64,000 bases of DNA from Betaproteobacteria bacterium Ga0077540 (GCA_001464125.1 LNEP01000007.1:8164-72163), one strand, 5' to 3'; shown: positions 45,233 through 54,259, counted from the stretch's first letter. The notes: generated from the letters alone by a model not told the origin. Translations and numbers: made by a program.

Positions 45233-46162
45233 ATGGATATTTCTGATTTTGGTTTAAGTAATCATTTTAAGCAGTTATCATTAAAATATGATGAAAGCCA
45301 TGAAGTATTATGGACATACTTTAATCAGAAAAACATCATTCCTTGCGCCAATCACGAGATTGTCCATGAGCTTCTTCAGCATCAGCAAGAAGTAGAAAAA
45401 ACTGGCGGTGTATTGTATTCCAATGACCGCATATATCAAATTCGTTACTCCGTAGCAGCCTCATTGACCCCAAATGTGTTTAATTTGGGTGGTCATCTTG
45501 CGCTTATCCGTGAGTTGGCCATGAACAGAAATAAAGAAGCGCTACTTTACTATGCGATTAAAGGCATTGACGCTGTACATAGCAGATTGTCTCGATTCAA
45601 TAACTCCCCGATTGTTAATATCACCCTAGTGCAAGGCTTGGCGTTGGGTGGTGGTTTGGAGGGTGCGTTGGCCAGTGATGTGATTATTGCCGAGCGTAAG
45701 AGCTTTTTTGGCTTTCCAGAAATTCTGTTCAATATGTTCCCAGGCATGGGTGGCTATAGCTTGGTGGCGCGTAAAGCTGGCATGAAGGTGGCCGATGAGA
45801 TGATTCTTAAAGGTAAACAATACACCGCAGAACAAGCTTATGAGCTTGGGATTGTGGATGTGTTAGTAGAAGACGGCCAAGGCGAAAAAGCGGTTTACGA
45901 GTGGATTGAAAAAAACAAGCGCTACTTTAATGGTTATTTGGCTGCACAACGTGCCAAAAATAGAGTGAATCCAATCGCTTACGATGAGCTGCTAGATATT
46001 ACAACAATCTGGGTGGATGCTGCACTTAAGTTGGGTGAGCGTGAATTTAGTATTATGGATCGCTTTATTTACAGCCAAGAAAAACAATATCTCAATGCAC
46101 TATCACCACAAGCGCCTGCTGTGGCTGATAACGTTGTTTCCTTTAAACGCACCGCTACTTAA
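45233..46162 (+). CDS. rpfF: DSF synthase RpfF-like enoyl-ACP dehydratase/thioesterase (crotonase family)
   Basis: VFNLGGHL, LVQG.ALGGGLEGAL and GFPEILFNMFPGMGGYS. Both catalytic Glu are present, and the C-terminal helices ELLDIT.IWVDAAL match RpfF. Convergent with an RpfC-like kinase. Confidence 0.88.
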   Translation: MDISDFGLSNHFKQLSLKYDESHEVLWTYFNQKNIIPCANHEIVHELLQHQQEVEKTGGVLYSNDRIYQIRYSVAASLTPNVFNLGGHLALIRELAMNRNKEALLYYAIKGIDAVHSRLSRFNNSPIVNITLVQGLALGGGLEGALASDVIIAERKSFFGFPEILFNMFPGMGGYSLVARKAGMKVADEMILKGKQYTAEQAYELGIVDVLVEDGQGEKAVYEWIEKNKRYFNGYLAAQRAKNRVNPIAYDELLDITTIWVDAALKLGEREFSIMDRFIYSQEKQYLNALSPQAPAVADNVVSFKRTAT

Positions 46163-46178
46163 TTTTGATTAAACTGCG

Positions 46179-48389
46179 TTAGGTGTGCGCAGACAGTTGT
46201 TTTTCTTCAGCAGCCAAGTAATCAACAAACGCTAACTTAGTTTTTTGGTAGGCATTGCTTGCTTGTGCATACAATGATGGCACTTTGTATATTTCATTTG
46301 GCGTGATGTCGTCCAATTCCACGCAAATTTTGCTTAACTCATCAGCACCAATATTAGTCGCACTGCCCGCAATCGCATGAGCGGTCTCACTAATGTTGGC
46401 AAAGTCTAATGCGAGTACGTAATTTTTGAGCTCGTCCAAATTCCTATCGGTGTCTTCTATAAACCCGTGAATCAGGCCAGCTACAAAGCGAGGGTTTTTG
46501 CTGATAGATGCAAGCTCTTCAAGTCTGGATGCGTTCAATACCAATTGATTGGCACCAACGCTAAATGCAACTACATCGGCATCATCCGGTGTTTGTGCGC
46601 TTGCAGAGGTAAATGCCAACACTGGAGCAGCTTCGCGATATTGTTGCTGTTTAGATTTGGCCACAACCTCTTCAATGGCAAAATTAAGCGCATCAATTTG
46701 AATTGGTTTGGTTAAATAAGCTGCAACACCCAGATCATCAAACTCAGCAATAGTATTTTGCGTTGCATCTGCACTTAAGATAATGGCTGGGACTTGTGAT
46801 TGCCCTACATTGATTGCTTGATAAATGCGTAAAGCTTCTAAGCCACCCATCACTGGCATGTTGCAATCTAAAATCATCAAGTCGTAAGTGGATTCTTCTA
46901 ACTTATCCAGTGCTAGCTGGCCGTTTTTCACAATATCAAATTGATGTTCACCCAGTGCGAGCATTTGAGACAAGATAAGAATATTAGTGTCGTTGTCTTC
47001 TGCCACCAAAATACGGCAAGGTTTTTTCTTGCTGGCTTGCATGGCTTTTTTGAATGAGATGATTTCTGAAGAAATTTGGCCACTCTCGTTTTCTGCTTCG
47101 ACGATACCCAGTGGAATCTCAAACCAGAATGTTGAGCCGTTGCCGAGCTCACTCTCAATCCCAATTTCACCTTGCATCAGCTCAACTAGTTTTTTGGAGA
47201 TGGTGGTGCCTAAACCTGTGCCACCAAATTTATATTTGATCGATTCTTCCGCTTGGGTAAAACTCTCAAAAATGTGGGGGAGGGACTCTTTAGCAATACC
47301 AATACCCGTATCTTTTACTTCAAAACGGACAGTTGCATCGCTATCTGATTGTTTGTTTGCACTCACACAAATTTTTACATAACCCTGCTCGGTAAACTTC
47401 ACCGCATTACCCACTAAGTTAATCAGCACTTGTTTGGTGTGTAGCAAGTTGCCATGAAGTTTTAGTGGGGTATCTTGCGCAATTTCGTAGTCAATCGCTA
47501 TCCCTTTTTGTGCAGCTTGCGTTTCAAATAGATTGACTGTGGTAAGAATTAAATTGTGCAGATAAAAATCTTCCTCGTAATGGGTGGTTTTACCGCTTTC
47601 AATTTTGGATAAATCCAACACATTGTTGACTAAATCAAGCAGCACTGTGGATGAGCTCTTCATCACGTTAAATAACGTTGCGTTATTTTTATCTAGGTTG
47701 GATGCTTCAAGTAAGCTACAAGCACCAACGATACCATTGAGCGGGGTGCGGATTTCATGGCTGATATGAGAAAGGAATTCACTCTTGGCACGGCTGGCTG
47801 CTTCGGCCTTGTAAGTGGCCTCCTTTAATCGGGAGAGCAGTGCAAGGGCGTACATCGGGATTGATACTAAGGTAAATAATAGGCCGTAAAAACCTGTCAT
47901 ATGGTTTTGCCAATACGGACTGTTCAAACTGGCGAAAATAAATCCTGACAAGCTTGCAATATAGGTTGCAATCAATAATTGACGGCCATAACGGAAGCCA
48001 TAACCGATAATGAGCCACAAATAAACGCCAATAAAGACACCGCCAATATCATTGGTAAGGTGTACCGCGAATGATGTAGCCAACACATCAGATAGCATAG
48101 TGATTAATTGGCGATTTCTGCTTGGGGCTGAGTTTAATCTTGTGTGAATTAGAAATGCCAAAGAGGCGATGCTAAACAGGGCCAATGCAACATAAATAAT
48201 CGTTTTTACTTGATCATATGACGCCGATACGAATATCAGCGTTAGGCTAATAATAAATAGCCTTAAAACGGCTTGTTGATACTCGTCACCATGCTTGTTG
48301 AACTCTACTAGTTTGATTGAACGCGTGATGACGCTGAGAACTTTTTTGCAGGGCATCAAAATGCTATTGAGAGCTAAACTCAAATTCAT
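46179..48389 (-). CDS. rpfC: RpfC-like hybrid sensor histidine kinase (TM sensor-HisKA-HATPase-REC-HPt)
   Basis: N-terminal DEYQQAVLR followed by about 5 TMs with W..IGYGFRYG, then SHEIRTPLNG, NLVGNAVKF, DTGIG, GGTGLG, REC LDCNMP and HPt AHAIAGSA. Confidence 0.85.
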   Translation of the reverse strand: MNLSLALNSILMPCKKVLSVITRSIKLVEFNKHGDEYQQAVLRLFIISLTLIFVSASYDQVKTIIYVALALFSIASLAFLIHTRLNSAPSRNRQLITMLSDVLATSFAVHLTNDIGGVFIGVYLWLIIGYGFRYGRQLLIATYIASLSGFIFASLNSPYWQNHMTGFYGLLFTLVSIPMYALALLSRLKEATYKAEAASRAKSEFLSHISHEIRTPLNGIVGACSLLEASNLDKNNATLFNVMKSSSTVLLDLVNNVLDLSKIESGKTTHYEEDFYLHNLILTTVNLFETQAAQKGIAIDYEIAQDTPLKLHGNLLHTKQVLINLVGNAVKFTEQGYVKICVSANKQSDSDATVRFEVKDTGIGIAKESLPHIFESFTQAEESIKYKFGGTGLGTTISKKLVELMQGEIGIESELGNGSTFWFEIPLGIVEAENESGQISSEIISFKKAMQASKKKPCRILVAEDNDTNILILSQMLALGEHQFDIVKNGQLALDKLEESTYDLMILDCNMPVMGGLEALRIYQAINVGQSQVPAIILSADATQNTIAEFDDLGVAAYLTKPIQIDALNFAIEEVVAKSKQQQYREAAPVLAFTSASAQTPDDADVVAFSVGANQLVLNASRLEELASISKNPRFVAGLIHGFIEDTDRNLDELKNYVLALDFANISETAHAIAGSATNIGADELSKICVELDDITPNEIYKVPSLYAQASNAYQKTKLAFVDYLAAEEKQLSAHT

Positions 48390-48430
48390 TTTTTAATACT
48401 CCTCAAAAGTTAATATTTTTTTATGATTTA

Positions 48431-48446
48431 AGCAAATGATATGCCA
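48431..48446 (-). promoter_or_regulatory. Sigma-54 (-24/-12) promoter of the rpfC-like gene
   Basis: The minus strand reads TGGCATATCATTTGCT, which is GG-N10-GC. It lies about 40 bp upstream of the ATG and its GAGGAG RBS, with an AT-rich tract further upstream. Confidence 0.72.
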
Positions 48447-48677
48447 TTGTAAAAAATAAAATAAAATTCATAAAAAACATATAGATATGATGGGTTGAAG
48501 TTGACGAGTGGGTTGGGAGAAGTAGGGAAATCATCACTAGTGACGGAAATCTAACTATTAGTCCAATTTATATTTGTTTTTTTCGATTTGGATAGCTAAT
48601 TGTTTAAGGTTAATATTCAACTTGTTTTGAAGTAAGAGCTTATTTTATTTGGAATGTGACGTGTCTTAGGGGCGGTA

Positions 48678-49550
48678 ATGGCAACTCAGGAAGAAATCGA
48701 ACAACACTACGATATTGATAACGAATTTTATGCATTAATTCTTGATGACAAGTATCTGGGTTATACCTGTGGGGTATGGGATCAGGCAGATACCATTGAG
48801 CAATCTCAAGCTGATAAGTTTGCAAGGCTATGCAGATATGCACATGTTAAGCCCAATAGTAAGGTACTAGATGTAGGTTGTGGTTGGGGTGGATTATCAA
48901 CTTATATTGGAGAAAACTTTAGCAACACAAAGGTGCATGGCCTAACACTGAGTACTAAGCAGCTAGAGTTTATAAAAAATGCAAAAAATCCAATTGCTTC
49001 AGTTGAACTAAGTGCGTGGCAGAGTTTTGCTGTACCAGAACCAAAATTTGATGCTGTTATTTCAATTGGATGCTTAGAGCACTTTGCCACCTATGAAGAT
49101 AGTATTTCTGGTAAACAAAGAGAGATTTACAAAAAATTCTTCGATTGGTGTTTAAGTGTAACAACGCCAGAAGCTTATGTTGGCTTGCAGACTATTATTA
49201 TCACTAGGTTACCTAATAATATTTCTGAATTGAGGGATTCGTGGTTAGTTCACAAGATTTTCCCTGGCTCTGCATTAGCTTCAATCAGCGATATTCAGGA
49301 AGCTGCTACAGATAAGTATGAAATTTCGGAAGTAAGCAGAATTGGTCATGATTATGTGCCAACTTTACAGGCTTGGATTGATAAAATGGTAGTCAATAAG
49401 AATGAGTTGTTTTCAATGTACGGAGAAGAGCTTTACAACCAATATATTGAATATTTCGAAGGTGCGAAAAGATGTTTCCAAACTGGCTATTTTGATTTAT
49501 ATCAGGTTTCGCTAAAACGTGCGCTGCCTACAAGAATTTTCAAAACATAA
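48678..49550 (+). CDS. CFA/mycolic-acid-methyltransferase family SAM-dependent fatty acyl methyltransferase
   Basis: HYD..NEFY, YTC, VLDVGCGWGG, SIGCLEHF, IFPG and DY..TL..W. Short form of 290 aa. Confidence 0.88.
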   Translation: MATQEEIEQHYDIDNEFYALILDDKYLGYTCGVWDQADTIEQSQADKFARLCRYAHVKPNSKVLDVGCGWGGLSTYIGENFSNTKVHGLTLSTKQLEFIKNAKNPIASVELSAWQSFAVPEPKFDAVISIGCLEHFATYEDSISGKQREIYKKFFDWCLSVTTPEAYVGLQTIIITRLPNNISELRDSWLVHKIFPGSALASISDIQEAATDKYEISEVSRIGHDYVPTLQAWIDKMVVNKNELFSMYGEELYNQYIEYFEGAKRCFQTGYFDLYQVSLKRALPTRIFKT

Positions 49551-49588
49551 AAATTGAATTGTCGATTAAGACAAAGTAAAAGACTTAA

Positions 49589-50656
49589 ATGCGTGGTTAT
49601 TTTATTAAGATGGCAGAGTTATTACCTGCCATTTTCTTTTTTGCAGGCTTTGCATGGGATGCGCTCACCATAGGGCGCAACGTTGCCACTTCTGATCTAT
49701 TCATTTTTACCGCGTATTTACTGGCAGCAGGCTCTTTGTTATTCATTATGAGTCGCCCCAGTTTTATCTTGGCGGATGAAGCACAGGTACCTAAACCATT
49801 CCGTTGGTTATTTAGTACGAATTGGCCGTATTTGGGGCTGCAGTTTTTCTTTGGCAGTTTGCTCAGCGCCTTATTTATTCTCTATTTTAAAAGTGCTAAC
49901 CATGCGTTGGCGATCCTGATGACAGTGTTACTCGGCGTGTTGCTGGTGGCCAATGAATTTTTAGAAAATGCCTACAGGCGCTTTACACTCAGTTGGGCCT
50001 TGTTTGGGCTGTGCGCCATGTTGTTGTTTAATTTTTTGCTGCCATTTTTGCTGGGTAGCGTGCATGCCATTTGGTTTTATCTAAGCACGTTATTGGGGGC
50101 AGCCATGGTGATTTTTCTGTACTCCAAAACTCCCCAACATCTGGGCAGTATTTTGCCGGTTTGGTTGATTGCTGGCTTTTTAATGTTTGCTTATGCGATT
50201 GATATGATTCCGCCTGTTCCACTGGTGAAGCGTGAAATTGCAATTGCTTATGATGTTAAAAAAGAGGGCGATCATTACTATTTAACGCAGCAGCGTGTGG
50301 GTTGGTGGGCGATATGGAGCAAAACCAGTAACCGTCTGACTCTAACTCCAAGCCAGCGTGTATATTGCTTTTCATCTATTTTTGCGCCTTCTGGTCTTGA
50401 AACGCGTTTGTATCACAATTGGCAAAAGCGTACGGACAAAGATGGGTGGAAAAGTATCCAGCGAGTAGGGTTTGATGTCAGTGGTGGTCGTCAAAATGGG
50501 TATAGGGGGTATACCTACAAGACAAACTTATCACCTGGGAAATGGCGTGTCAGTGTGGAAACCGAAAACAAAAAAACGATTGCAGTACAACCGTTTACAG
50601 TGAGCACAGTGAGCGAGGCGACAAAGCCGCCTCGCTACGTGGTATTCAAATATTAG
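49589..50656 (+). CDS. DUF2914-domain membrane protein
   Basis: N-terminal TMs (GFAWDALT) and an Ig-like C-terminus with YCFSSIFAP, GGRQNGYRGY and GKWRV.VE. Confidence 0.75.
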   Translation: MRGYFIKMAELLPAIFFFAGFAWDALTIGRNVATSDLFIFTAYLLAAGSLLFIMSRPSFILADEAQVPKPFRWLFSTNWPYLGLQFFFGSLLSALFILYFKSANHALAILMTVLLGVLLVANEFLENAYRRFTLSWALFGLCAMLLFNFLLPFLLGSVHAIWFYLSTLLGAAMVIFLYSKTPQHLGSILPVWLIAGFLMFAYAIDMIPPVPLVKREIAIAYDVKKEGDHYYLTQQRVGWWAIWSKTSNRLTLTPSQRVYCFSSIFAPSGLETRLYHNWQKRTDKDGWKSIQRVGFDVSGGRQNGYRGYTYKTNLSPGKWRVSVETENKKTIAVQPFTVSTVSEATKPPRYVVFKY

Positions 50657-51195
50657 TGTTTGCCGTCAGAGTGGCTCATGAGTTTGTCGATATACGCAAT
50701 AGATACCGCAGATGCCACAAACGTCATATGAATAATGGTTTGCCACATCATTACTTCGGTGCTTAAGTTAGCCGCATTAATAAACGTTTTAAGCAGGTGA
50801 ATGGATGAAATACCGATAATGGCAGTGGCCAATTTTACCTTAAGGAGGTTGGCGTTGACGTGTGATAACCAATCAGGTTCGTCCGGGTGACCTTTCAAAT
50901 TCAAGCGCGATACAAAGGTTTCATACCCGCCCACAATCACCATAATGAGTAGGTTTGAAATCATCACCACATCAATTAAACCCAATACAATCAACATGAT
51001 ATCCGCTTCACTGATGGTGGCGGTTTTACCCACCAAATGCACCAGTTCTACCGCAAAAAAGTAAACATAGACAGCTTGCGCAACTATTAAGCCTAAATAC
51101 AGTGGTAATTGTAACCAACGGCTGCCGAATAAAATGTTGGTCATGATGCTACCTTGCTTGCGTTGGGCGCTCGTAATATTGGTTGTTTCTTGCAT
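50653..51195 (-). CDS. UPF0114/YqhA (TIGR00645) membrane protein
   Basis: SRWLQLPLYLGL, GGYETFVSR and KVKLA.AIIGISSIHLL. Confidence 0.88.
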   Translation of the reverse strand: MQETTNITSAQRKQGSIMTNILFGSRWLQLPLYLGLIVAQAVYVYFFAVELVHLVGKTATISEADIMLIVLGLIDVVMISNLLIMVIVGGYETFVSRLNLKGHPDEPDWLSHVNANLLKVKLATAIIGISSIHLLKTFINAANLSTEVMMWQTIIHMTFVASAVSIAYIDKLMSHSDGKH

Positions 51196-51255
51196 GGCTA
51201 ATCAGTATTGAATGAAAAATGCGATTTTACCCGAACTGTGTGACTAAGTGATGGC

Positions 51256-52101
51256 TTAAGTAATGTTATAGCTGAGATTAAACTTGGCAGAATGGTCTAA
51301 GCTTAACTTTTGCGTAAGGATGGGCATCGCCTCTTTTAGTAAGTCAGGTAATTGCCACGGCGGGTTAATCACAAACATGCCACTGCCATACATGCCCATG
51401 CCATCTTCGTTTGGTGCTTGCACCACCAACTGAACGTCCAGCCAATCTTTAACCCCTAGTGCATGGAGTTGTTTAAGCATGTCATTGGGTTCTGGCCTCT
51501 GTAATAGCGGGTACCAAATCATATAAGTACCTATGGCAAAACGTTTTAAGCTATCTTGAATGCACGTAACCACACGTTGGTAGTCCTCTTTTAATTCATA
51601 AGGTGGGTCAATAAGCACCACGCCGCGTTTGGTTGGTGGTGGCAGACACGCTTTTAAGCCATCAAAGCCATCCGTCATTTCAGCTTTTACTTGACGGCCC
51701 AATGGGGTTAGGTTTTGCTGCAAGATGCCAAAGTCTGTCGGGTGTAATTCAAATAAACGCAGTTTGTCTTGTGCCCTTAAAAAATGCGCAGCAATCTGAG
51801 GTGAGCCAGGGTATAGCTTGAATGTGTCATTAGTATTGATTGCATTTACCGCGTCTAGGTAGGGTTTAAGTGATGCTGGCAAGTCTGGCACGTCAATCAA
51901 ACGTGAAATGCCTGTTAAAAACTCAGCATTTTTCTGCGCATACGCATCCTCAATGGCATAAATACCTGCGCCTGCATGCGTATCCATCACCCAATAAGGC
52001 TTATCTTTTTGGTTGAGGTAATTAAGTACTAAGCTGAAAACATAATGTTTCAGCACATCCGCATGGTTGCCTGCATGAAAGGCATGTCGATAACTCAGCA
52101 T
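51256..52101 (-). CDS. rlmJ: 23S rRNA A2030 N6-methyltransferase
   Basis: MLSYRHAFHAGNHADVLKH, DTHAGAG and IDPPYE. Confidence 0.96.
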   Translation of the reverse strand: MLSYRHAFHAGNHADVLKHYVFSLVLNYLNQKDKPYWVMDTHAGAGIYAIEDAYAQKNAEFLTGISRLIDVPDLPASLKPYLDAVNAINTNDTFKLYPGSPQIAAHFLRAQDKLRLFELHPTDFGILQQNLTPLGRQVKAEMTDGFDGLKACLPPPTKRGVVLIDPPYELKEDYQRVVTCIQDSLKRFAIGTYMIWYPLLQRPEPNDMLKQLHALGVKDWLDVQLVVQAPNEDGMGMYGSGMFVINPPWQLPDLLKEAMPILTQKLSLDHSAKFNLSYNIT

Positions 52102-52238
52102 AAGATCAATCGCAATAACAAGGCATCTATTATAAAAGAGGATGCAAATGTAAAAGTATGTTAATTGTCAGCAAATGAAGTTCTGTTGCGTTTTGTTACT
52201 TGTAGGCTTCTTTTACATAGACGACAAAAAGGATAGAG

Positions 52239-52553
52239 ATGAAAAATACATGGATTACACTTGCAATTGCCACAGGCATTGCTATCAGCACAATGACTGC
52301 ATATGCCAATCACCATGAGGGTGCCAAGCATGACCATGGAAAATGGGAAACCAAGGCAGATACCAACCAAGATGGCAAAATCAGTTTTGACGAATACAAA
52401 GTAGCACGTGACCAACACATGCAAGAACGCTTTAAACGCAAAGACACCAATAATGATGGTTTTATTGACGAAGCAGAGCGTAATGCTGCCAAAGAAAAAT
52501 GGCGTGCACACCACCAAGCCATGAAAGAGAAATGCGCACAACACGCTAAGTAA
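52239..52553 (+). CDS. Secreted EF-hand protein
   Basis: Signal peptide (AYA) and two canonical EF loops, DTNQDGKISFDE and DTNNDGFIDEAE. Confidence 0.85.
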   Translation: MKNTWITLAIATGIAISTMTAYANHHEGAKHDHGKWETKADTNQDGKISFDEYKVARDQHMQERFKRKDTNNDGFIDEAERNAAKEKWRAHHQAMKEKCAQHAK

Positions 52554-52632
52554 GTAGGCTTCTCCAATCAGGCAGTACATTCTAAGGATGTGCTGCATTT
52601 TTATTGGCGGTTTTATGCGCTTGGGGTAGCAT

Positions 52633-53349
52633 ATGGAAATGACTACACATCACCATCATCACCCTTCAGAAGCCACAATACACCAGCATGATGAATCACA
52701 TGCGCGCACACACGGCAACCCATTTCTCGTTCCATTCTTATTAATTTTAGTGTTTGCGGTGGTGGAGTTTTCTGGTGCGGTTTGGACCCAATCGTTGGCG
52801 CTATTGAGCGATGCTTGGCATATGTTTTCTGATGTGTTTGCCTTGGGCTTAGCCATGTATGCAGCACATCGCGCTAGCAAGGCACGACTCAAAAACAAGC
52901 ATAGCCGGGCTGAAATAGTGGTTTCAGCCATTAATGCAGTGTTGATGTTGGTAGTGATTGTCTGGATTGTGTTGGAGGCGATTGAGCGTTTGCAACATCC
53001 GCAGTCAGTCGCTGGTGGATACGTGACATTGATTGCATTTCTGGGTTTGGTGGTCAATCTGGTGGTGGCACAACGCCTGCATCACCAAGCACATCATCAT
53101 GGTGGCAAAGATAATCTAAACCATCGTGCTGCTTTGCTACATGTGATGGGAGATATTCTGGGATCTATCGCAGCCCTCACTGCAGGTGTGGTGATCTATT
53201 TTACCGGCTGGTTAGCCATCGACCCCTTACTGTCATTGGTGATATCGCTATTATTATTGCTGGTGACAGTGAGTCTAATCAAAGATATTTGGCGCAGTGC
53301 CAAAGGTACGCATGCTGGGGCATCGCATCATCACCATCACACGCATTAA
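52633..53349 (+). CDS. Cation diffusion facilitator (ZitB/CzcD-like), His-rich, no C-terminal domain
   Basis: SLALLSDAWHMFSD and HVMGD metal-site motifs, six TMs, His-rich N-terminus, loop and C-terminus. Confidence 0.88.
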   Translation: MEMTTHHHHHPSEATIHQHDESHARTHGNPFLVPFLLILVFAVVEFSGAVWTQSLALLSDAWHMFSDVFALGLAMYAAHRASKARLKNKHSRAEIVVSAINAVLMLVVIVWIVLEAIERLQHPQSVAGGYVTLIAFLGLVVNLVVAQRLHHQAHHHGGKDNLNHRAALLHVMGDILGSIAALTAGVVIYFTGWLAIDPLLSLVISLLLLLVTVSLIKDIWRSAKGTHAGASHHHHHTH

Positions 53350-53379
53350 TGTTATTTACAATATAAAAGGAGATAACCC

Positions 53380-53562
53380 ATGCCATACGTTAATATTAAA
53401 CTTGCAGGTACTGTTACCCGTGAGCAAAAAGCAGAAATTGCAAAAGAGATAACCGAGACGTTGGCGCGTGTGGCGCACAAGCCTGCCAACTACACCTACA
53501 TTACCTTTGAGGAAGTACCTTATGAGGATTGGGCGATTGCGGGAAAATTGTTAGACGAATGA
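53380..53562 (+). CDS. 4-oxalocrotonate tautomerase family protein
   Basis: N-terminal catalytic Pro (MPYVNIK), EQK and W.IAG, with a strong AGGAG RBS. Confidence 0.88.
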   Translation: MPYVNIKLAGTVTREQKAEIAKEITETLARVAHKPANYTYITFEEVPYEDWAIAGKLLDE

Positions 53563-53649
53563 TGTAAGCTTTGTGGCGACACAAAGCTTGTTTCTGTGTT
53601 GGAGCTGCATAAGTGGTTCCGTTTTTTAATTTTGTGATGAAGGATTTGC

Positions 53650-54162
53650 ATGAAAAAAGTATTACTCGCTTGCGCGTTAGCCTTTGTGGCCACTGCCAAT
53701 GCCGCCATTGATGAAACCATCCGTTTGAAAGAAAGCATTGAAATCAACGCCCCAGTAGAAAAAGTGTGGGCCAAAATGGGCAGCTTTGCCGATATGAGCT
53801 GGCACCCAGCCATTGAAAAAACTGAAATCACCAGTGGTAAAGCCGATGAAGTGGGCGCTACACGTGTGTTGACACTCAAAGGTGGTGGTAATGTGAATGA
53901 GGTATTGACCAGCTTCGACGCAGGCAGCACCACCATGAAATACGAAATCACTGAAAGCGTATTGCCGGTGCGTGATTACGGCGCCACACTTAAAGTAGAA
54001 TCTGCTGGTGAGGGCAAATCATTAGTAACTTGGCGCGCCATGTTTAAACGTAAAGACCCAGCAAGCCCAGGTGCGCCAGGTCAGGACGACGCAGCCGCCA
54101 AAGAGGCGATTACCGGTGTATTTAAATCTGGTTTGGAAAATCTAAAAAAAGTCTCTGAGTAA
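53650..54162 (+). CDS. Periplasmic SRPBCC protein, MxaD-like
   Basis: Signal peptide, EINAPVEKVW, WHPA, GATRVLTL, LPV.DY and G.ENLKK. Confidence 0.78.
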   Translation: MKKVLLACALAFVATANAAIDETIRLKESIEINAPVEKVWAKMGSFADMSWHPAIEKTEITSGKADEVGATRVLTLKGGGNVNEVLTSFDAGSTTMKYEITESVLPVRDYGATLKVESAGEGKSLVTWRAMFKRKDPASPGAPGQDDAAAKEAITGVFKSGLENLKKVSE

Positions 54163-54182
54163 TATCCTATTTGTGGCTTTAT

Positions 54183-54211
54183 ACGGTCTTGTGGCAATAC
54201 AAGACCGTTTT
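54183..54211 (+). terminator. Intrinsic terminator
   Basis: acggtcttgt-ggcaat-acaagaccgt-ttt after the SRPBCC gene. Confidence 0.75.
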
Positions 54212-54259
54212 GCATTCTTAAGCGTGCCTCTGCATAGCGACTGCTGTTAAAATGGCACG

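Noticed and set aside
52239-52553. Lanmodulin assignment for the EF-hand proteins
   Set aside because: The loops lack the position-2 Pro typical of lanmodulin, and there are only two hands here and one in the 40208 protein.
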